Positions 25,866-35,445 of a DNA stretch of 64,000 bases are shown here, piece after piece. The DNA comes from Mobula birostris (taxonomy: Eukaryota). Location of the stretch: contig NC_092374.1 in assembly GCF_030028105.1 (NCBI RefSeq), positions 194,117,345 to 194,181,344 of the forward strand. Reading direction: 5' to 3'. The notes beneath the pieces were generated by a model, which was not told the origin of the DNA, ran no database searches, and was given only the letters and a program-made list of their open reading frames with translations. The position numbers were made by a program, and so were the translations under genes. Position 1 is the stretch's first letter, and every line of letters begins with the position of its first letter.

Positions 25866-27576
25866 CAGCATTGTTAACGTCCATTTAAGTTAGTCGTTTG
25901 TTTACTTTTGTATGTTTTTCAGTCGAGGTTAATAAATTTCGTTGTTTATCTATAAAAACCCAACTTAATTTCATATCTATTGCTGCTGGCACGTAACAGA
26001 GGACTCTGCAGAGAGTGGTGCGGACAGGCCAGCGCATCTGCAGATGTGAACTTCCCACTATTCAGGACATTTACCAAGATAGGTGTGTAAAAAGGACCCG
26101 AAGGGTCATTGGAGACCCGAATCACCCCAACCACAAACTGTTCTAGCTGCTACCTTCCGGGAAACGGCACTGCAGCACAAAATTGAATTGAACTGACTTT
26201 ATTTCTTGCATTTTTCACATACATGAGCAGTAAAAATCTTTACGTTACATCTGCATCTAAATGTACAATGTGCAATGGTAGTAATTTATAATAAATAGAA
26301 CAGGCGATGCAATATACTGTACACTCAAGTTAGCGTGCGTTCATCAGTCTGAGGGAAGAAGCTGTACCAGAAACTGTTGGTCCTGGCTTTTCGGTTGCAA
26401 TACCGCTTCCCGGATGGTAGCAGCTGGAATAGATTGTGGTTGGGTTGGCTTGGGTCCCCAATGATCGCACGGGCCCTTTATACACACCTGGTCTTGTAGA
26501 TTTCCTGAATCATAGGAAGTTCACAACCACAGATGCGCTGGGCCGTCCGCACCACTATCTGCAGATTGCTGCGAAAAAGGGAGGTATCTTCCCCATACCA
26601 GGCAATGATGTAGCCAGTCAGGATGCTCCCAATTGTGCTCCTGTAGAAAGTTGTTAGGATTTAGGAGCCCATACCAAACTTCCTCAAGCGTCTGAGATGA
26701 AAGAGGCACCGTTTTGCCTTTTTCACCACAGAGCTGGTGTGCACAGACCAAGCGAGGTCGTCGGTGAAGCCAGGACTAACAGGCTTTGGGTCAGCTTCTT
26801 CCACCAGGCCATCAAACTGATTAATTCATGGTGATACATTTGAATTTCTGTGTTATATTGACTGTCCTGTTGTAGATATTATAAATTACCATAAGTCCTG
26901 TGCAGCCGCCGCCACCCGCGCCCCCCGCCCCCGCCGCATTCCAGAATGTAACGCAGCCTGTCAGAATACTCTCCGCAGTGTATCTATAGATTGTTTCGAG
27001 TGTTTTTGTTGACAAACCAAATCTCTTCAAACTCTAAATGCAATATTTCCGCTGTCTTGCCTTCCTTACAGCTGCATCGGTATTTCGGGACTAGGTTAGA
27101 TCTTCTGACATCTTCACACCTAGGAACTTGAAATGCATCTCCATGCATCTGTTGAACGCAAACGAACTGTAGAGACCGATACCAGAAGCGTCGCAACAGC
27201 TACTAGTCAGCATTGAACTCTGTTCGGTACAAATAAATGTGTCAGCTCAAAGGCTTTATATCATACGAGTGGCTCAGCACACTTTATAACAAAGCGGCAG
27301 GTATTTTTGACAGCGTGAAGCGTGAATATATCTCTATTGATAGCACCACGTATTACACGTGCGAAGCCTGTGTGAACATACCGCAATATTTATGTAATTA
27401 TCTTGGGGGAGCGGGGAGTGGGGGCTGTGGGGGGTGACTATGTGTCCATCTGTCAGTATCTATATATCCCTGTTCACAAGCACGCACCAACTTACTCATA
27501 TCAGGCACATGCTGTACCATCCATGAAAGAGTGAGCGGGTCACATTTTGTGCTCATTGTCCACCGGAAACAGAGAG

Positions 27577-27653
<77 letters not shown>
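27577..27653. repeat. (CA)n microsatellite
   Basis: Direct reading. Confidence 0.95.
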
Positions 27654-27657
<4 letters not shown>

Positions 27658-27829
27658 AGAGTGAATGTGTGTGTGTGCGTGTGTCTATGAATGCGAGTTC
27701 TGTTTATGAATGTGTGTATGTGTGTGAGAAAGAGAAAGAATCGTTAAGGAGGAGATGGTTCTGTGGATAATCTGTATGCGTGTGTGTACCTGTAGCAGAG
27801 AGATATGCATGTGTATATATGAGGGAGAG

Positions 27830-28102
27830 GATGTTACCAGGACCAGGAAGGATATACTCTGTGGATCTGTGCAGCAGGCGACACCGGGATTGCTCTGTAG
27901 GGGTGGAAAATTAGCGAGGCACTTTTGTTTGCTCCTCTCTGAAATTCTTTCGCCTGGAAGTCTCAGATTAGGTACCATCCAGGGCTACTGGGATCCGTTT
28001 CAAGCTACCCGGACTACAAGCTGCAGGCCACCGCGAACTACAATGTTATCGAGTCATACAACAGCCAGGCCCTTCAGAATACCTGGTCCATACAGACGAA
28101 AA
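27830..28102 (+). pseudogene. Putative MHC class II alpha-type alpha1-domain exon with two in-frame stops
   Basis: One frame: ..GYTLWICAAGDTGIAL*GWKISEALLFAPL*NSFAWKSQIRYHPGLLGSVSSYPDYKLQATANYNVIESYNSQALQNTWSIQTK; 22 of 27 codons end in G/C at 28003-28083; SYP..QAxAN resembles the class II alpha1 helix region; splice sites are poor. Confidence 0.5.
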
Positions 28103-29931
28103 TGTTCATCTAAACTAATCATGTTTACCCATGTTTGGGCCATATGCTTCTCACCCTTTCCTATCCAAGGGTCTTTTAAATTTTGCTATTGTACTCGCCT
28201 CAATCATTTCCTTTGCCAGCTCATTCCATATTCTCCTTATTACACTCTCACTTTAAATCTATGGCCTCTAGATTTTGGGTTCCTTTCCGTTGGATAAAAG
28301 ACTGTTGGCGTTCATCCTATCTATGCACTCGTGATTCTAAACACCTCTTTAACATCACCCTTCAGTCTCCTACGTTCCAAGGAATAAAGTTCTACTCTGT
28401 CCCACCTCTCCCTGTAACACAGCCTCTGTCGTCCTGGCAAATATTGTTTTCATTTCTTTTTCTGCTTAACGACGTCTTTCCTGGGAAATAATCATCATTA
28501 TGCGCCGTTTTGTATAACTTGGGCGCTCGTGGTCTTTCCATGACCATGATTGTTCTTGCTAAATTTTTCTACGGAAGTGGTTTGCTATTGACTTCTTTGA
28601 TGCCAAGTCTGTATAAGACCATAAGACCATTAGACAGAGGAGCATAATTAAGCCATTTGGCCCACCGAGTCTGCCTCGCCGTTAATCATGGCTGATCCTT
28701 TGTTTCCTTCCTCAGCCCCACTCCCCGGCTTTCTCCCAGTAACCTTTGATTCCATATCTAATCAAGAACCTATTAAGTTCTGCTTTAAACATGTCAAAAT
28801 ACCTGGCCTCGACAGATGCCTGTGGAAACAAATTCCACAAATTCCCCACCCGCTGCCTAAAGAAATTTCCAACAGAAATCTGTTTTAAATGGACGATCCT
28901 CTATCCTCAGGCTGTGCCCTGTTGTCCTAGCCTCCCCCAACATGGGGAACATCTTTTCAACATCTAGTCTGCCTAGATCTTTCAACATTCAAAAGGTTTC
29001 AATGAGATTCCCCCTCATCCTGCATTCCAGCGGGTACAGACCCAGACCCATCAAATGTTCCTCGAAAAGTAACCCTTTCATTCCTGAAATCATCCTTGTG
29101 AACCTCCTCTGGACCCGCTGCAAGTGACCTACTAGCCACTCCACCAATCTTCATATCATCTGTAGCCTTGGTAACAAAGCCATCTATTCCATCATCATAA
29201 AATGGGTGACTCTAGTATCTTCAGAGATTGATTGCTTGGCGTTAGTGGGCGCATTGCCAGGACTTGTGATAGCTTATCCGACAGCGGGGTGACCAAAAGA
29301 GGTGCAGCCTTATCAATGTCTTGTAGAACTGCAAGTTGAAATTTCAACTCTGATTCTGTGCGCCAAATACCTTCTTCACCTCCTTGTCTAGCGGTGATGT
29401 TACTTGCAGGGAACTGTGTATTTGTATTCCTCGGTCCCTCTGTTCTACAGCACTCCCCAGCGACCAGCCACTAACTGTGAAAGTTCGACCTTGGTTAAAA
29501 TGCAAAACAGCCCACAAAATTGAATTCAACGCTATTCGTCAATATAACTTTTCCTACTTAGTCAGCCGATCAAGAACCGCTGTTGTTCTTCATAATCTTC
29601 TGCACTGCCTATGGTACCAGCTATTTTGGTGTCAAGTGCAAACTAACCATTCTCAACCGAGTTGTTGATGTAAATTATGATCAACAATGGGCGCACCAGT
29701 CCCTGTGGGACATCACTAGTCACAGACCTCCAGTCCGGAAAGCAACCTTCCACCATTAGCTTCTGCTTCCTATCAATGATGAATCCACTTAGCTCTCTCA
29801 CCCCGGATCCCAAGCCTTCCACAAGGGACCTCGTCAAAGGTCTTGCTAAAGTTCATATAGACCACATCCACCACTTTGCCCTCATCAGTCCTCTTGGTTA
29901 CTTCTTTTATAATTTCTAATAGTGTTGTGAG

Positions 29932-31384
29932 TGTTGCAAAGTGGCGCTGGTAGCGGACCCAAATACAAGACAGTCGCTGAAGTATTAGGAACAGGACTAG
30001 AATTATCGAGATAGCAAGGTGAGTCAGGAAGAAACGACTCTGGACATTAACACAGGCCCTGGACGACACTAGGATTCAGGGCCTGGGCTAGGACTTGGGC
30101 TAGAAATACGGGACACGGACGTGGAACTAGGAACAAGGAGCCTGGACTAGGAAGATGGAACTCGGAACCAGAGTCTGGACAAGGACCCAGAACCTGGGTC
30201 TTGGTTGGGACTCAGAACCTGGGTCTTGACTCGGAACAGGAACCCGGCTTTGGGCAAGGACTCGGTACTAGGATCTTGGCAAGGACAGGACGAGGCTACA
30301 GGACAGGACGAGGTACTACAGCACAGGACGAGGTACTCAAGGACTGGACATGGATCTCCTGCAGAGGACGAGGAATCTCCAGCACAGGACGAGGACACGA
30401 AGCTCAGATTTGGACGGGGCTGGAACACGGAACCTGGACTTGGTCTTGGAACACAGAAACACAGAGCCTTGGAATTGGACTGGACACTCAGAGCCTTGCA
30501 CGTGGACTGGACGAGGTACTCCAGGGCAGGACGAGGCTCTTGGACTAGGTTTGGCTGGGTTCTTGGACTCGGCTTGGTTAGGCTCTCGGGTGCGGAGCCG
30601 GGACTCCTCCTAGGACGCAGGGCCGGGATGCTTTCGCAGGGCTGGGACACATTCTTGGACGCAGCGCCTGGATGCTTCCTAGGACGCAGGGCCAGGACCC
30701 TTTTTAGGACGCAGGGCCAGGACGACTGACAAGGTCAACTGCCGAGGTAAACTGTCCAGGTGAACTGCCGAGGATGCGGATGGGGACGATCCAGCACAGG
30801 ACGAGGAATCTCCAGCACCGGGCTGTGCGAGGTAATCCTGGGCTGGGCGAGAAACATGGACAGTGAGAGGCACCAGAACTGGATGAGGACAGGAAGCTCA
30901 GACGTTGACAGGGCTGGAACACGGGCGCCTGGACTTGGTCTTGGAACTCAGGAACACAGAGCCTTGCACTTGAGCACAAGGACAGAAAACACAGGGTCAG
31001 GACCCCTCCTTGAGGACAGGATGTAGGGCCAGGGCTCGTACGCAGAACACGGACTCTAAACACGGGAACACAAAGAGACAGTTCCAAACTCAACAATAGA
31101 TAGTTCCTTATCTTAGCGTGGCAAGACTCCGGTCTCACTCCGGCGGTTGAACTTGACAGCGATACTGACGAGATTTCAGGCGAAGGTTTCAGAAGGAAGG
31201 GGAGGGAACTGTCCAGCAGGAAATCCTTGGTTTGCAGAGGTATTTATGTGCCAGCCCAAAAAGCGAATCAGGTGCCTCAATTATGGAACCCAACGGAACC
31301 TGGGGGAAACCGGAAAACCTGGAATAAGAATCGATAGACCGGACCATGAACTGGAATGTGGAATTTACGGACCACACCATGAGA
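29932..31384 (-). mobile_element. Solo LTR of the same family as 16296 and 23864, inserted in CR1 debris
   Basis: 5-bp TSD gtgag (29927-29931 / 31385-31389); shared termini; internal caggacgagg-type repeats. Confidence 0.8.
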
Positions 31385-32453
31385 GTGAGATGTCATTTCC
31401 CACACATAAAGCTAATCAGTCCTGTTTATCTAAATGCTGGTAGATCCCGTCCATCAGATTTAATTCCAATATTTTATCACCTCCGATGTTAGGCTCACTT
31501 GGAAGAGTAACGTCATGATTAGCTGTTAGATCGGAGTACGATTATCACCACTGTCAGCAAGGAAACCATGTGGGTTTCCTACGGGCACGCCGATTTCCTC
31601 AGGCATTCCAAAGGCGTGCAGTTATTGCTCGGCTTACTGAGTTATTGACATGCTAAGCTAGCCCCGGAAGCGTGGCGACAATCCTCGCTGATATGAATTG
31701 ACGCACGCGATGCATTTCACTGTATGTTTCGATGTCCATGTGATAGGTGAAACCAATCTTTAATCTTTTGTCTTTTCTGCCCCTATGAATGAACCTTAGC
31801 CATCCTCTAGTCCTTTGGAACCTCTCCCGTAGGTAAGGAGCATCCAAGAATTCTTGCAAGTGCCTCTGCAATTTCTTCCGTAGCTTCACATGAAATCCAA
31901 GAATGCACTTCATCAGGCTTAGGGTATTTCTCCACCTTAATGTGCTTTAAGGGCGCCGATACCTCCTATAACTGGTTTTGCAACTATCCCATAAACTCCG
32001 GATCAGGACCTTACCATTGTATATTTAAGTTAACGACGGAACTGCTCGCAGCTCACGCAGCAGCACACAGACACCGAAGCTCCTCAATGCACAAAGCTTT
32101 ACCTCACTCGGGTATACACAGCGCATGCGGGGTGGAGAGAGTGGGGGACATGTAGATCAGACAGAGCATGGGGACGATGGAAGCTTTGGATCGGGGAGCA
32201 TTCGCCCCAGGAGGAGTGACTCTCTGATTGACGTCTGGTTAAAGCAAAATCAATTTGTCCTGTAGGTAAACGCCGGACTCCATGGGAATAACTTCCAACA
32301 GTAAAATCAGTGTGACGTATATGTTTGTATATTGAGTGTGTGTCTGTTGTGAATGACTGTGTGCGCGTGTGTACGTATGAGTGCGTATATTTATGTAAGT
32401 GTGTGTGTATTTGTATATTTCTGCGTGTGTTTGTGTTTGAGTGTGTATGTCTG

Positions 32454-32995
32454 TGTCATGGTCCCGACTGGCTGTCCCCCATCTCGCTCCTATCTCCTTG
32501 ATTATACATTAATTCTAGTCATTAGATTCCCAGTTGCTGCTAGTTCACTTAATTACAGCACATCTGGTTTTCACCAGAGACCGCAAGATAAGAACTCTGG
32601 CGTCACAACCACGGGTCGCAAGTTCGTTGGTCTATTCCCGTGTGAAAACTTCGTTTCCCGATCGCTTAGAACCGTTAGTTCTAAGTTCAGGTCTAGCTTC
32701 AAGTTATTCCATGAAAACCCCGTCTAGATAGGTTGAGTGACCCCATGGCGATTCGTCACAAACTGCCTAAATCTATGCACATCCATCCTACATTTCACGT
32801 TTCCCAATTAAAACCGGTTTCCGTCAGCCCCTTGTGCCCTCCGACCGAACACAAGTTATTCTATGAAAACCCCGACTCCGTGTCAAGAATCCTCCTGGCT
32901 ATCTGTTCCACTTTCGCAACGGTGCAAGGACCTCTCAAACCTATCTCCGTGCCTGTGTCCTGCACTTAGGTGCACTTCAGTCGCTGCTTGTAACA
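32454..32995 (+). mobile_element. Degenerate LTR-element remnant containing a Gypsy integrase C-terminal fragment
   Basis: tgtca..taaca ends; TSD gtctg/gtttg; [20 protein letters not shown]; embedded in a GT-rich tract. Confidence 0.65.
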
Positions 32996-34049
32996 GTTTG
33001 TGTGTGTATGTGTGGTTGTGTGTATGTCTGTGTGTTTCTGAATGAACGTGTATATTTGTGTGTAGGAGTGTGTGCACGACTGTGACCCACAGAATCACTC
33101 AGCACAGAGCTCCTTTGTTCCATCATATCTATAAAATAGCATTCTGTACTCAGCCCATTGACCAGCACGTGGTCTGCAACCTTCTCCCCCTTTACAGTTC
33201 ACACTCTATCGTACACGCTCGACTTGTCTAGTCTGTCCTCATAATATAACACAAGCCATATGAAGCCATCTAATCCAGCCAGAATCCCGGTAAAACTATT
33301 TTGCACCCTCTCCTCATCCTTCCTATAATCCTATAATCGGTGGTGCAGTGAGTTAGAGCTGCTTCTCGCTGGGCTGAGCACGGAGCGGGCGGTTTGCATG
33401 CATCAGCTCTTCACACCGCTACCGCAGCTGCTGAACGCTGAGCGACCAGTTTTACACGCGGCCGGAAACCGGACGCCGTGAGACAGGCAAGGGTGGGAGC
33501 GGGGTAAAGATCTAGTGCAAAGTTAGTTGGCATCTGAAACCTAGCCGGATTTATCGGCAGGGAGTAGTCATCTCGGACGCATGTGGGGTCTCGGATAATT
33601 TACCTGATAAAGAGCAAAGGTAGAATTAGAACTAAACTTTTATTAATTATTAGCTTTTCCGGGAGGGATCTGGGAGAATTTGTCTTCGACGATATAAAAG
33701 TTCTGTAATTTCCATTCTCTTGCGGATTGTGAACTGCATCGAATTGTGGAACCTTCCCTAATTCCCAATAAAACAGGAAATAGTGGGGGTCCATGGAATG
33801 GAAATTACTGTTAATGTTTACAGTTCTAAGATCCTTCAGGCAAAACGGAAACGTTAACATCTCGCTGTGACTCAGGGTAGAAATATTAATTGTTTCTCTT
33901 TTCGCAGATGGTGCGTGACCTGCTGAGTTTTTTAAAGCATTTTCTGTTTTTATTTCATATTTCCAAAATCTACAATATGCTATCTTAATTGTTTTATCTA
34001 TTCCGTCAAGAGGTGTGAACGACGCGATTCGTTTGTTGGCGGTTGTCCG

Positions 34050-34272
34050 GCGTACCAACAATCACAGGAGACCCGCGCGGGGTTTCTAACGTGGGAAAGT
34101 TAACAGGAACAGTTCCACACTCTTACCCTCGGATGTCCGGGTGCAGTGGTACGTGTAGTCGACACAAAGTGGGGTCTTCCTTGGTTGTAGTGGGTGACCA
34201 TGACCTCTTCCGTGCCTTGTCATGCCGTGCGCTGTCCACGGAGTGTTGCAGAACCGCCTTCCTGGCTGTTGG
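34050..34272 (+). pseudogene. Putative C1-set (MHC class II alpha2-like) exon remnant with frameshifts and an internal deletion
   Basis: Across frames: VPTIT..GKLT..HSYP/SDVRVQWY, SLVVVGDHDLFRAL, SCRA/HGVLQNRLPGCW; matches the C1 patterns YPxxIxVxW and CxVxHxxLxxxLxxxW. The B-strand Cys and splice sites are not preserved. Confidence 0.45.
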
Positions 34273-34371
34273 ATCTCACTGTTGATCACATCTGTCCAGT
34301 CCGGCGGAGGAGATCGACATTAATTCTGTTTCCCATTCAATAGATTTCCATTAGTTTCCTTCGTATCATAG

Positions 34372-34522
34372 GACGGGGATTTCCCTATCTCACTCGAGTA
34401 TGAGGTCCATTGGCTGTCTTCACCTGGTTTAGCCCGTTTGTGGAAGCGGTGTACCCGAGTGTGGCCGCTTTCGCATGCAGACAGGTACTTGGAGCTGAGC
34501 GTCTGGTGGAACCCAAGGGTAG
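34372..34522 (+). pseudogene. Possible connecting-peptide/TM/cytoplasmic exon of the MHC-like relic
   Basis: Acceptor gtttccttcgtatcatag|; phase-1 frame GRGFPYLTRV*GPLAVFTWFSPFVEAVYPSVAAFACRQVLGAERL..; donor AG|GTGAGT at 34522. Confidence 0.3.
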
Positions 34523-35402
34523 GTGAGTTGTCCCGGGAGAGGTCAAGCCGCTTCAGCAGAGGTGCTCTCCCTCCCTGGACAGCCCATTTCACCAACTATT
34601 ACCAACTGATAAGTTACCAATTATTTAACCTCTTCCGTTAAAGTGACACGTTGTTGTGGGGATTGAAGTCAAATACGAAATAATTTACATTAACTGAGAT
34701 ACGACAGTTTCGCAAGCTTTCGTTAACCATTTCGGTTTTCTACATTGAACCTTTGCCGCAATTGTTAGCGCTGTTTTCTCGCAGCTCCTGCGTCCGCGGT
34801 TTCGACCCCGATCTTTGGCGCAGTTTGTATGGGTGGAGTTTGCATATTCCGCCTGATTCCCTGCGGGTGCACCAGCCGTGTGGGCTCCCCCCACACCGCC
34901 GGGAGCTACGATTCATTCCGCGTCCCTACGACTTGTGGATTGGATCTGGGAATTGTCTCAAGCGTGGGAGCGAATTACGGGAGGAGTGGAAGGGAAGTGA
35001 GGGGAGAATGTGTAGCCCAGTCAGCACTGGAGTAGAGCCGGCGATCGGCGTGGGCTGAATTGCCTTCTTCGCGCGCTGCGCGGTGAGGGATATGAACGTG
35101 AAACTGTGTTTGGAATCTGTCAGTCCAAAAGGGAATCTTACCAAGAAGAGGACGTGGCTCATCGCTGAACGTCCCTAACGTCAGTGAAGCGCTTATTGTC
35201 ATGTTTCCCCCGCTCCTAATCTCTTTGTAACTCTCCTAGTGGTTTATCCAGCTCGTTCCAGTGATTCGGAAATCAACGGGAAAAATCCAGTGGACAGTAC
35301 TTCATCCCTCCCAATTTTCCAACAGGTTGCACGAGGAGGCTCGGTTGTAAGAAGGGAGAAGTAGCGAACACTAAATATCTCCTCTGTTTTAGTGGAGTAA
35401 CG

Positions 35403-35445
35403 ATGGAGGTGGGCGCCATTCTGTGGCTCCTGACAGTCTCCTCCG
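35403..35445 (+). CDS. NCR3: Leader exon [14 protein letters not shown](G)
   Basis: Strong Kozak context aacgATGG, hydrophobic peptide, donor G|gtaagt; upstream acceptor ctcctctgttttag at 35392. Confidence 0.85.

Larger units (their letters stand above)
4951..25998 (+). mobile_element. Gmr1-like Ty3/Gypsy LTR retrotransposon (gag-PR-INT-RT-RH order), decayed and carrying nested insertions
   Basis: TGT..ACA LTRs at 4951-5687 and 23327-25998 (the latter split by an insertion); PBS and PPT present; pol domains translated in order; degenerate 4-bp TSD caga/gagg. Confidence 0.9.

Noticed and set aside
34125-34595. Minus-strand frame of ~157 codons with one stop, ending at a GTAAGA donor, plus exon-like signals at 33605, 32260-32102 and 27896-27840
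   Set aside because: The spliced product resembles no protein I recognise. This frame shares third positions with the + strand C1-like reading, and its codon bias shifts frame where that reading needs frameshifts. An antisense transcript is not excluded; stranded RNA-seq would decide.
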